Positions 40,701 through 53,044 of a stretch of DNA of 64,000 bases are shown one piece after another. Position 1 is the first letter of the stretch. Each line of letters opens with the position of its first letter. The DNA lies in assembly GCA_964016885.1 (NCBI GenBank), contig OZ024752.1:23684001-23748000 (forward strand), given 5' to 3'. The DNA comes from Eledone cirrhosa. Lineage: Eukaryota. The position numbers and the translations under genes are program-made. The notes beneath the pieces were generated by a model that saw only the letters and a program-made list of their open reading frames with translations, made no database searches and was not told the origin of the DNA.

Positions 40701-41030
40701 TTCTTTATATTTTTTATTTTTTTATTTTCTTACTTTTTTATTTTCTTACTTTTTACATCTGCAACTTCTTTACCTATTTATCATTATATTTTATTATTGC
40801 TGTTATTGTTTTAATTTTACGCTATTTCTCTATATATACCATGCCATGTGTGAATTCTTTCGTAATCTGAGGATTTGATCAGAGGTAAACATTGTATTGG
40901 AGATCGAGTGACGCAACTTCGAGCGATTAGCGGCCTCTAGACTCACCTGATCAATGAAACAATTGTTAATACTTGAAATAAAGCCCCTTGTTGTACAGTC
41001 GACCATGTTACTCTTCAATCTTTCACTATA
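37790..41030 (+). mobile_element. Penelope-like retroelement (degenerate RT plus GIY-YIG, 38050-40245) with 3' pseudo-LTR
   Basis: Motifs VKADKTSNVY, LKDHK, SKSDIGRISK, VQFDINDYYSS, GGIYRDD, FLDVTLNL and NCNC...CPLQNRCL..VY...IGST..FKNRW..H...CRLCNME. Confidence 0.88.
40862..40972 (+). ncRNA. Hammerhead ribozyme with long stem II (family C-like)
   Basis: GTAAT CTGAGGA TTTGATCAG...CTGATCAAT GAAA CAATTG TT AATAC. Confidence 0.7.
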
Positions 41031-42536
41031 TATATATACTACTAAAACTCTGATCTTGCGTGCTTGCTTGCTTGCTTGTCTGTTATGTAATACAGCCAAA
41101 AGGGCGCATAATGGGTAAATACTTTGAAAGCAAATTGCCTCTGAAATGGGAATACAAATTGAATAAAACAAGTTTCGCGAAAATCTGACCCCGAGTTCCC
41201 GAGATTCGCGGGTTTTGGGGGTACCTTCGTAAATAGCCACAATGGTGCATACTGGGAAAATACCTCGAAATTAACATAACTCTGCAAAACTTCGTAAATA
41301 GCCCAAACATTGCATAATGAGAAAATACTCTGAATAAAACAAGTTTGGCGTAAATCGCACATGGACAATATTTTCAATTTTCCAAAAATAGCAAGGAATT
41401 CATCTAAATTCAATTTATCTTATTTTATAATGAATATCGAAAGAAATAATCCATTTGTTTTTTGGTTGTCCATTCTGTAGGTAAGAGAGACAGAGAGGGG
41501 GTGAAAGAGAGAAAGAGAGAGAGGGGGTGAGAGAGAGAAAGAGAGTGAGGGCGAGAGAGTGAAAAAGAGAGAGTGAGGGGATGAGAGAGAGAATAAAGAG
41601 ATGAGAGAGAGAGGGGATGACAGATAGGGAAAGAGACAGCGCCCTTAACTTTTATTTATTTTAACTCTCCCTTATCCATAACGTTATTTCTTTCTCTCGC
41701 TTTCACAGTTCTACTGCCACCGTGTGTATCTGTATGTGTGCCAGTGTATGTGTTTACATACTTAGAGACATGTGTGTGTGTGTAACAGTACTTAAGTTAG
41801 AGACATATATATATATATATATGTGTATGTGTGTGTAGAATACCTTCGTAAATAGCCAAAACGGTGCATAATGGAAAAATTTGACAACCCTGAAATGGGG
41901 ATAAAACAAGTTTTACGTAAATCGACATAAACTATTTTCATCATTCGAGAAATATTTTTTATAATTATTAAAAAAAGATTTTTCAGGGATTTCTCAGTGA
42001 ATATGATTTCAAAACTACAAGTTGTTTGGACTTCAAGTATCTATATTTGAGCTTTCTTTAAACAGACGATATTTTAATTATCAGAAAAGCATTAAGTGAA
42101 TTTAAACAGTAGGTGTTTATATTTTTGCTTTTGTTAAAAAGAATATTTCAATTATTGAGAAATATCTTAAAGTGAATTTGATTTCACAAATAGCTTTATT
42201 TACATAGACAATATCTTCATTTCTTTAAAATTATTTTCGAGTGAATACGATGGAAAAAATATTTCTTGGCATATTTAAAAAATATTTTAAAGTGAAAATT
42301 ACTTAAAAAATACAAATTATTTGTACAGTGTGTATATATATTTCAGCTTTCTTTAAACAGAATATTTTAATTATTAATAAGTATTTTTAAGTGAATATGA
42401 TTTGAAAAATATGAGTTGTTTAAACAGACAATATTTTCATTAATTAGAAATATTTCTAAATGATGATTTTAAAAAAATATTTGTTGAGGTAATAGGAATT
42501 TTTTCTAAGGTGAATACGATTTTCTATTCTTAAATA

Positions 42537-45500
42537 ATGCCTCGACGAGGAAGAAAGAAAGCATCTGGTTGGTCTATCGATGGTGGAAAGAAAGCACGGT
42601 TAGGGAGAGCCGAAGAAGGTGAGCAAGATAGTGGTCAACGCCAACAAGATCGGGACAGTCATGCGAATAGAAGGATCGATGAGACTGATAAAGCAAGGGC
42701 TGCGCGTCTGGCGGAACAGAGGGAAAGAGACAGAAGCAGGAGAGATCAGGAATCAGATGGTCGGAGAGCTGCGCGTCTGGCGGAACAGAGGGAAAGAGAC
42801 AGAAGCAGGAGAGATCATGAATCGGATGGTTGGAGAGCTGAGCATCTGGCGGAACAGAGGGAAAGAGACAGAAGCAGGAGAGATCATGAATCGGATGGTT
42901 GGAGAGCTGAGCATCTGGCGGAACAGAGGGAAAGAGACAGAAGCAGGAGAGATCATGAATCGGATGGTTGGAGAGCTGAGCGTCTGGCGGAACAGAGGGA
43001 AAGAGACAGAAGCAGGAGAGATCATGAATCGGATGGTCGGAGAGCTGCGCGTTTGGCGGAACAGAGGGAAAGAGACAGAAGCAGGAGAGATCATGAATCG
43101 GATGGTTGGAGAGCTGAGCGTCTGGCGGAACAGAGGGAAAGAGACAGAAGCAGGAGAGATCATGAATCGGATGGTTGGAGAGCTGAGCATCTGGCGGAAC
43201 AGAGGGAAAGAGACAGAAGCAGGAGAGATCATGAATCGGATGGTTGGAGAGCTGAGCATCTGGCGGAACAGAGGGAAAGAGACAGAAGCAGGAGAGATCA
43301 TGAATCGGATGGTTGGAGAGCTGAGCGTCTGGCGGAACAGAGGGAAAGAGACAGAAGCAGGAGAGATCATGAATTGGATGGTCGGAGAGCTGCGCGTCTG
43401 GTGGAGGAGAGGGAAAGAGACAGAAGCAGGAGAGATCATGAATCGGATGGTTGAAGAGCTGAGCGTCTGGCGGAACAGAGGGAAAGAGACAGAAGCAGGA
43501 GAGATCATGAATCGGGTGGTCGAAGAGCTGCGCGTCTGGTGGAGTAGAAGGAAAGAGACATAAGCAGGAGAGATCATGAATTGGGTGGTCGAAGAGGTGA
43601 GCGTCTGGCGGAACAGAGGGAAAGAGACATAAGCAGGAGAGATCATGAATTGGATGGTCGGAGAGCTGCGCGTCTGGTGGAGGAGAGGGAAAGAGACAGA
43701 AGCAGGAGAGATCATGAATTGGGTGGTCGAAGAGCTGCGCGTCTGGCGGAACAGAGGGAAAGAGACAGAAGCAGGAGAGATCATGAATCGGATGGTCGAA
43801 GAGCTGCGCGTCTGGTGGAGGAGAGGGAAAGAGACAGAAGCAGGAGAGATCATGAATCGGATGGTCGAAGAGCTGCGCGTCTGGCGGAACAGAGGGAAAG
43901 AGACAGAAGCAGGAGAGATCATGAATCGGATGGTTGAAGAGCTGAGCGTCTGGCGGAACAGAGGGAAAGAGACAGAAGCAGGAGAGATCATGAATCGGAT
44001 GGTTGAAGAGCTGAGCGTCTGGCGGAACAGAGGGAAAGAGACAGAAGCAGGAGAGATCATGAATCGGATGGTCGGAGAGCTGCGCGTTTGGCGGAACAGA
44101 GGGAAAGAGACAGAAGCAGGAGAGATCATGAATCGGATGGTTGAAGAGCTGAGCGTCTGGCGGAACAGAAGGAAAGAGACAGAAGCAGGAGAGATCATGA
44201 ATCGGATGGTCGGAGAGCTGCGCGTTTGGCGGAACAGAGGGAAAGAGACAGAAGCAGGAGAGATCATGAATCGGATGGTCGGAGAGCTGAGCGTCTGGCG
44301 GAACAGAGGGAAAGAGACAGAAGCAGAAGAGATCATGAATCGGACGCTCGGAGAACTGAACGTCTTTGCCAACAAACCATTAGGGATAGAGCAAGGACAG
44401 TTCCACGACGTGATTCCTCTGCTGATGTTGGACAGATGAATAAGATCTGTGTTTGTTGTCATGCAATGCTTTTTCATGGTGAAACTGATAACTTTTACTG
44501 AATGAATGGAAAAGTCAGGTTGGGGAATCTGCAGCCTTTACCCCAGGAACTTCACAGTTTATTTAGTACTGATCAACCTAGGGCAAACGAGTTCAGGGAG
44601 AACCTCAGATAATACAACTGCCTGTTCCAAATTACATCTTTTGGGGCCGAAGAAGTTCGTACCTCAAGGAGTGGATGGAACCTTCTATCGTTATTCATGG
44701 TCAAATTCACCATTACAACGGTTCCTTAACCCCTAATCCCAACGAACAACCCCAATTTCTTCAAATTTACTTCTTGGATCCTCAGGATAGTGTTGATTTG
44801 AGGATCAGGATACTCTATAATGATGGCATTCAGCGCGACATATTTGAAGTATTGGAAATAATACTCAGACAATATAACCCTTACGTTGCTTCATTTCGAA
44901 TGGCAAAAGAACAAATTAAAAATATTCCCGAAGCTTCGATTATTATTGATCCTGATAGGAGACCAGCAATGGAACATGAGAGAAGATTCAATGCACAAAC
45001 TGCAAACGAAGTTGCCGTTATTATACAAAACAGCACCGAACCTCAAGCAAAAGCACGGCACATTGTGTTGAAAGAAAAATGCCGACAATTGCAAATAATC
45101 TCAGAGTCCCATCGGTCCTATAACAGTTTGCAGTAAGTTCTATTTTTTCCTTTTGGCGATGACGGATGGCACCATAAGCTGTTAATGAGCAACAACAAGA
45201 AGTTGACGCCAATGCGCTACTATGCCTATCGAATAATGAACCATGAGAAGAATTCAACCAACTTCTCAGAGGCGGTCGTTTATTTCAGCAATATTTGGTT
45301 GACATGACTGCGAAGATTGAAGGAGATAGACCTCAATACATCCGAATGAATCAAACATCATTGCGATCTACAACATACAAGGGCCTTACTGATGCATTGA
45401 ATGATGATGACGATTTTCGCAATATTGGCAGGCGAATCATACTCTCTTCCACATTTGTCGGTGGACCGAGATATATGATGGAGCGATGCCAGGATGCCAT

Positions 45501-48231
45501 GATGTACATACGGAAGTACGGCAATCCTTCGTTCTTCATCACAATGACATGCAATCCAAACTGGCCCGGAATCCGGCAAAACCTATTCCTGAATCAGAAG
45601 CCACATGACAGGCCAGATTTAATTGCCAGAGTATTTGACCTGAAGTGGAAACTGTTGAGAAAGTATCTTATTTGGCAAGTGCATTGCTTACGTGCTGACA
45701 GTCGAATATCAAAAGCGAGGTTTTCCTCGTGTGCACTGTTTGCTATGGCTCAATGAAGCCTCCAAGCCCAGACCGAAGGAATATGATAAATTTGTTCAAG
45801 CCGAAATACCAGATCCAAACAAAGATCCAGAGGGTCATGAATTGGTGCTGAAGCACATGATCCACGATCCGAATTGCTCTAACAATTCGCCGTGTTGGAA
45901 AGATAGAACGTGCAGCAGTAAACGGTACCCTAAGCCTTTCAATGAATATACATTGTGTAGAGAGGACTCTTATGCTGTGTACAGAAGACAGTCTCCAGGA
46001 ATGGGAGGATTTGAGGGGCACCAAGAAGGAGGGGGAAGCCGAAATATAACTTCGGAATTGGTGGTTCCCTACAATATGAAACTATTAAAACTGTTCAACT
46101 GCCACCTAAACGTAGAGATGTACGTTATCAAATATACCATGAAGGGCAGTGATCAGGTAATGTTTGAGGTGAACAGGGAATATGAGATAATACGGTATTT
46201 AACACGAAGATATATCGGTCCTTCAGAAGCTATTGCCTTGGTACTTGGATTTCCAATTCATGAGGGAGAACCGGCCATAGTTCGCCTTCAAGTTCATCTA
46301 CCTGAGGAAAATCAAATCTTCTTTCGGGTCAATGCTGCTGTTAAAGTAAACAATAACATAGCTAAGACGACTGTGACTGAGTTCATGGAACTTTGCGATC
46401 GCGATCCGTTTGCAAAAACATTGTATTATGCCGATGTGCTAAAGTTTTGCACTTAGAGTAATAAGAGATGGGAAAGGAGAAAGGTGAGGAAAACAGTTGA
46501 GCAGTATCCAGGGATTTTTGAGGCGAACGTTTTGGGACGAGTATACACTGTTTCTCCACGAAGTGGTGACCTGTATTATTTAAGACTCCTTCAGCATCAC
46601 GGCAAAGGGCCAGTATCCTTCAACTCTTTGAAAATGTGTGATGGAGAACTCCTGCCATTATTCAAAGACGTCTGCAGAGAGAAAGGTTTGCTTCAATCGG
46701 ATGATCATTGGGAGCAGACTCTGGAAGATGCTGAGCGAACAAGGCTTCCCAAAGCCATGAGAGATCTATTCATCGTGCTCCTCACAAATACGGAAATTGA
46801 CAATTCCAGTGCTTTATGGGCTCGATTTAAGCATTCGCTGTCTGAGGATTACCTTCAAATAGAAAAAAGGGCTACCAGAAACTCTAACCTTTTGATTAGC
46901 GAGAGACATTATAATCAATGCCTTCTGTATTTTGAAGACACACTTAATGACCTGAGCAAAAGTCTTAGTGACTTTAACTTGCCAAGGCCCAAATAATATT
47001 GTTGCTAATCAGGATATTGGCAATTTGGAGTTATTGCATGAATTGCAATACAGCAGAGAAGAACAGCGACGATTTGTAGAAGAGACGGAGCCTCTATTGA
47101 ATAGTGAACAAAAACACGTGTACGACTTCGTTTGTAACAGTTTAGAGACGAACACATCTGCATTGATTTTCATTGACACTCCAGGTGGAACAGGAAAGAC
47201 ATTCCTGATTAACTTAATTCTTTCAAAGGTCAGGGGAAACGGCGACGTGGCTATTGCTGTTGCGTCATCTGGCATTGCCGCAACACTGATGCCTGGTGGA
47301 AGGACAGCGCATTCTAGGTTCAAAATACCGATAGTAGTGAAAGAAAATGGTCTATGCAACATTGATAAAAACTCAACGACGGCAAACCTCTTCCAGCATA
47401 CAAGGCTGATTGTTTGGGATGAGCGTCCTATGATTCGGAGGAAAAGCTTCGAAGCTGTTGACCTCACTCTGCGTGACATATGCGACAACAATGAGGCATT
47501 CGGTGGAATTTTGACAATTTGCTGTGGCGATTTCCGTCATCTTCTTCCAGTAGTGAAAGGGGGAAATGAAGCGGACGTGGAAAACGCCTGCATTAAAAAA
47601 TCCTTCTTATGCCGAAGCTTCAAAAGATTTCAGTTGAAGACAAACATGCGATTGGGTGGGGGAGCAGGAGACTATTCACAATTCCTATTGGATATTGGAG
47701 AAGATAAGATAAAAAAAAAACTGAAAATGGGGAAATTATTTTGCCAAAAGAAATGGTTCTCCAAGTAACAACTATGGAAGAATGTATTGATTTCATCTAC
47801 CTCTCATTCGACAATCCAGCTGAAGTGTTTTCGAACAATTGCATTTTAGTACCTCTCAATGAAATTATGAGAAGCGTCTGTATCAGACGCTTCCCTGGAA
47901 CCATAAAAGAGTACCGATCCTATAATTCTATGAGTGATGGTGCCAATGCCACTCATTTCCCGATTCGGTTGAACTATCAGGACTGTCACCACATAACCTG
48001 GAATTGAAAAAAGGATCGCCAATAATTCTTACGAGAAACTTGAATCCTCCAAGGCTTTGTAATGGAACGCGCATGATCGTGGAAGAACTGCACGACAATC
48101 TCATAGTAGCAAGAATCAACACTGCTGCTTTCAGAAATGAGATTGTTATGAGGATATCCCTTTGCAGCGAAGCCAATTCCCAGTTCAATCGTGCTTTGCT
48201 ATGACTATTCATAAAGCACAAGGACAAACTA
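42537..48231 (+). pseudogene. Helitron RepHel (HUH Rep plus PIF1-like SF1 helicase), with multiple stops and frameshifts
   Basis: Rep motifs FITMTCNPNW, VEYQKRGFPRVHCLLW and YVIKY. Helicase motifs PGGTGKTF, ASSGIAA, GRTAHSRF, WDE, GDF, RNL..LCNGTR and FAMTIHKAQGQT. Confidence 0.95.
42690..44360 (+). repeat. 69-bp coding tandem array, about 24 units (23-aa STPR-like)
   Basis: Unit ESDGRRAARLAEQRERDRSRRDH; CTGGCGGAACAG occurs at 42708, 42777 and onward. Confidence 0.95.
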
Positions 48232-49640
48232 TACTTAGGGTAGTAGAGTGGGTAATAGGAAAAGAGTCAGGACCCCGACGGCTGAGCTCCTGCTAGATCC
48301 AAACTAAGTAACCAGTATTAGAACGGCGGGAATCTAACTGAACTTATCCAGGGTACACTCAATATATGGACATGCAGTCATAGCAAATAAAGCAAAAAAA
48401 ATCTAAGCAAAAAATCCTAAAAGTTTGTTGTTTTTCTTGTCTGTCACGGGAAGTGATCAATGATCTGGGATGTCTTGTACATAGTTAAACTACTTCATGG
48501 CGGCGGGACGCTAAACAGGCCGAAATACAAGGGGGAAGAGGTAAGAAAGCGGACTGACCTGAGGATGCCAAGCCAGTCAGGCGTGCACGCACGGCATTAA
48601 GAAATATTTAATTCTATACAACTATCTTTAATCTATAGAAACGGTAAACTTCAATTCAAAGGGATAAGAAGAGAAAAAAACAGAGAAATAATATAATTTC
48701 AGCGTTTAAGAATCAAAGAATGTAAGGTAGAGTGTTTAAGTTAGATTTGCCTAACTTAAGATGGAGAACCTTCTTCTACGAAAGATATCGTGACACACAG
48801 GACTTTTACCTTAAGGGGACATGGATTTAATACCTACAAATCTACCCAACCGAACCCTTTGCTCTCACCTTTTGAGACAGACCTTTTCAACCTGGTCAAG
48901 GAAGTGAAATTCAAACCTAGACTTAATCGATTCCAACAACTCCGTAGCAAAATACAAAAGCACCAACGACATCCTTGTGCATTTGGACAAAACTGGAAAT
49001 CTATATTTCGTCAACCTGGACAGTTACCATTCACTAATCAGGAATAGCTTGACCTCCACTTATAAAAAGTCCAACCCTTCCATGATCCACGACATAAACA
49101 CGGATGGACAAAATACTACCTCCGGCCCCTGTATGATCGTACGGAACCTATCGACCCTCGGACTCCTTATTTCACCCTGAAGGACCATAAATCCGACTTC
49201 GACTGCAAACCATCCATCAGGCTTATAAACTCGACGAAGTCGGGTATAGGGAAGATCAGTAAAAGGATTTGGGATCGCGTTATACCCAAAGTCAAGCAAA
49301 ACACGAAGCTTAGCCTTTGGATTAGCACTCAGGAGGTCATCTCCTGATTTAAGAATATCAAAAATAAAATTAATACCACTTTCATCCAGTTCGACATTGA
49401 GAACTACTACGCTTCTATTACCCAACCACTCCTTATGGCCGCTTTGGATTACGCCAAAACTATTACACCCATTACAGACCACAGGAAATTGAAATCATAT
49501 TCCACGCTAGGAAGGCTGTCTTGCTCTTTGAAAACTCCGCTTGGATAAAGAGAGCTCCTGACTCTCCTTTCGACGTCAGTATGGGTTCGACTGACTCGGC
49601 TGAGGTGACCGACCTGATAGGACTACATACTCCAAAAACT
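48232..49640 (+). mobile_element. Penelope-like fragment headed by an inverted family F terminus
   Basis: 48232-48289 matches 9611-9666. The RT N-terminal remnant at 48790-49620 shows FETDLFNLVKEVKF, DKTGNLY, LKDHK, IQFDIENYY and FDVSMGSTDSAE. Confidence 0.8.
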
Positions 49641-50086
49641 GGTTAAAGTTTCCTGTGTTCGGTGGGTTGGAACAAGGGGACCGACACAAATATATAGAAT
49701 GCGACATCATACCATTGAATATATTGTATTTTATTTAGAATGTGTCATCACATCATATATTGCATATATTGTATTTTATTTAGAAAGTGTCATCACATCA
49801 TTGCATATACCGTATCTTATTTTTCCTTACTGTATTATATCTTATTTTATTGTATTTTATTTTATTGTATTATTTATTTTTTATTTTTTATTTTACATTA
49901 TTATTTTATTTTACCTCACTCTACTCAATTTTCACCCTATGCTTTGAATGTTTACGATACCTACATAATACTCAGAGAGACGGTAGAGTGCGTATGTGTA
50001 TAGGTGTGTATATACATGTGAGTGTGTGTAGATATATATGTATGTATGTGCGCGTGTGGAATGTGTATATGTGTGTGTGTATGCAT

Positions 50087-50126
<40 letters not shown>

Positions 50127-50152
50127 ATATATATATATATATATATATGTAT

Positions 50153-50211
<59 letters not shown>

Positions 50212-50551
50212 TATGTATATGTGTGTGTGTATGCAGATGTATGCATGAGTAGATGTGTGTATATATACATATATATGTGTGTGTACGTGTGTGTGTATAT
50301 GTATGTGTCTATGTATAGATATGCGTGTATATATATGCGTATATGTGTGTGTGTCTATGTATGTATATATATATATACAAGTATACTATATATGTATGGA
50401 TATATATGGGTATATTTATGTGTATGCATATATATATCTGTGTACATATGTGTAGGTATGTCCGCGTAGATATACGTGGGGTGTGTGTATGTAGACTCAT
50501 GTATCTATGTGTGTGTGTATATATATGTATATGTAAATGTATATATATATA

Positions 50552-50935
50552 TAAAATTGAAAAAGTAGAGAATAACATGGTCAACAATACAAAAAAAGGG
50601 GATTTATTTACAGTCTAACAATTGTACGGTTTCTGAAGATCTGACAATTGTACAGTCTAACAATTGTAACGGTTTCTGAAGATCTGATCGAGCTAGCATT
50701 GTATTTGAAGTTAAGTGGCACTGCTTCTAGTGTTCAGCAATTTTTAAACAACTTTATTAGGGAAACAATTGTTAGACTGTAAATAAATCCCCTTTTTTGT
50801 ACTGTTGATTATGTTATTCTCTACTTTTTCAATTTTATTACTCCAAGATTAACTTACATAGGAATACAAGTGAAATCATAAACTCGTCATCTAGGTAAAC
50901 ATTTTGTTGAGTCAAACAATCCAGAATTAAGCATT
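50552..50935. mobile_element. Family C fold-back fragment with HHR (50669-50780, plus strand)
   Basis: 50552-50625 is inverted relative to 50765-50838. The motif reads ACGGTTT CTGAAGA TCTGAT...ATTAGG GAAA CAATTG TT AGACTGT. Confidence 0.75.
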
Positions 50936-50952
50936 TCTAGCAACCATCGTTG

Positions 50953-51543
50953 ACACTGTACGGCTTAATTCGGGATGTTTGTTTACAAACACACCGAGCA
51001 TTATAATAAATGTTCGGTGAATCCATACGTACATATATATGTGTGCATGTATGTATATATATATACATACTCCTGTACGTCTGTATACATATATGTATGT
51101 ACGTATACATACTTATATTTAAGTAACAGCCGTACTAAGAGTGAGAAATGAAATTTCGTTTCATTTTTTCCGTTTATCGTTATCGGTGCGCCCAGCCGAT
51201 TAACTCACTCAATATGCAAATTAGGCTGCTCAGCCGTTAATATTCTTAAGGAAAGTATATACTTTCAGACGTTCAATCATCTGGCAGGAAGGTATACGTT
51301 GCTGACGATAGCTAATAAGCTTGAAACTAGTACAGCGTTCCTTTGTCAGTGTTGAACAAATGAACAACGATGGTTGCTAGACACTGTACGTCTTAATTCG
51401 GGATGTTTGTTTACAAACACACCGAGCATTATAATAAATGTTCGGTGAATCCATACGTACATATATATATGTGTGCATGTATGTATATATATATATACAT
51501 ACTACTGTACGTCTGTATACTTATATGTATGTACGTATACATA

Positions 51544-51549
<6 letters not shown>
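50953..51549 (+). mobile_element. Retrozyme-like 1.4-mer: about 165-bp direct repeats, about 428-bp period, HHR at 51297-51337
   Basis: ACACTGTACG.CTTAATTCGGGATG at 50953 and 51381. The motif reads CGTTG CTGACGA TAGCT-AATA-AGCTT GAAA CTAG TA CAGCG. Confidence 0.8.
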
Positions 51550-51583
<34 letters not shown>

Positions 51584-51626
51584 ATATTAATAAATGGAAA
51601 CTATATTTATAAAACCATAATTATTT

Positions 51627-51714
<88 letters not shown>

Positions 51715-51778
51715 GTATGTATATGTATGTGTGTGTATATACATATGTGTGAGTGTATGTATGTGTTTATATATGTGT

Positions 51779-51876
<98 letters not shown>

Positions 51877-52110
51877 TTGTGTATGCGTAGACATGTGTAG
51901 CGGTAGTTATATTTATACGTCTCTGCTGACCAGCTTTGGGTAATTGACGAGCTACGCGCGAATAACTGCAGCCAATAGATGAATTTGAGTGGTCAAAGGA
52001 TAGCGGTGAGGCTTGAACTACTGAACCATTGAAAAGGCAGTATTAACAGGATGATGTTGGCTGCTGACAATGGAATGGTTTCAATTGGATGGAATGCTTT
52101 GAAAACGCTA

Positions 52111-52203
52111 AACATATCTGAGGAACTTGCGAATGCAGAGTGGCTTCGATCTGTAACAGATCCTGCCTTGGGCTTATCGTCAGAGAAACATATGTAATAT
52201 GTT
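52111..52203 (+). ncRNA. Hammerhead ribozyme type I
   Basis: AACATAT CTGAGGA [60 nt] GAAA CATATG TA ATATGTT. A related 5' half lies near 52890-52950. Confidence 0.75.
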
Positions 52204-52242
52204 AATAAATTGTATTGTGATGCATTATTGATTTCTCGTTAT

Positions 52243-52282
<40 letters not shown>

Positions 52283-52482
52283 AGAAAATCCACAGACCCT
52301 CCATCTCAACTCACCTTTTGAAAAGCAGAAGAACTGCGAAACCGGTAAAGGAACCAAATAAATATATATATATTTTTTTAAAATAAGACTTCAATTGCAT
52401 TTTCGATTTCATCTCTTTTTCTTTATACTTCCACTCGTGTAGGACACCTCGGTTATTTTTCATTTTGCAAAAAAAACCTCAC

Positions 52483-52546
<64 letters not shown>

Positions 52547-52623
52547 ATATAAATATATATATATATTTATATATGTAATATGTTAATAAACTGTATTGTG
52601 ATGCATTATTGATTTCTCGTTAT

Positions 52624-52696
<73 letters not shown>

Positions 52697-52990
52697 ATAA
52701 GAAACGGAGAACCAGTGGTGCGACGAATTAAAATTTATTAGAGATATTACAATCGTTTCTCCCGCCGAATCGTTTCTCCCTGTCCTGTTTATCCCGCCGG
52801 CTTTCGCTCGCCAGATTCTATCCTGTTCTCGTCGGTCGGTGATGGGTCAAGAATTGACATTTGGCAACTCTGCTTCGAAGGATTGAGACGTATCTGAAGA
52901 ACTTGCGATTTCAGAATCAGGTTCGATCATTTCATCGATCGTGCCTTGCATAATTGCAAACAAATCGAATATTCGAAAAACTCAGATTAC

Positions 52991-53038
<48 letters not shown>

Positions 53039-53044
53039 TATATA

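Larger units (their letters stand above)
41030..48231 (+). mobile_element. Helitron (RepHel), 3'-truncated
   Basis: Helitron-like start TATACTACTAAAACTC...(GCTT)nGTCTG, an AT-rich leader with internal repeats, then the RepHel pseudogene. No 3' hairpin or CTAG remains. Confidence 0.88.

Noticed and set aside
42690-44360. CRISPR-like regular array
   Set aside because: The units are contiguous with no unique spacers and no cas genes, and the context is eukaryotic.
42753-44477. 574-aa antisense ORF and the alternate-frame ORFs 42619..43563 and 43645..44439
   Set aside because: They are by-products of a 69-bp repeat with no stop in those frames. The frame continuous with the RepHel motifs is the ERDRSRR frame.
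48555-48612. Possible hammerhead CTGAGGA TGCC…GGCA TTAA GAAA
   Set aside because: There are extra bases between stem II and GAAA and no convincing stem I.
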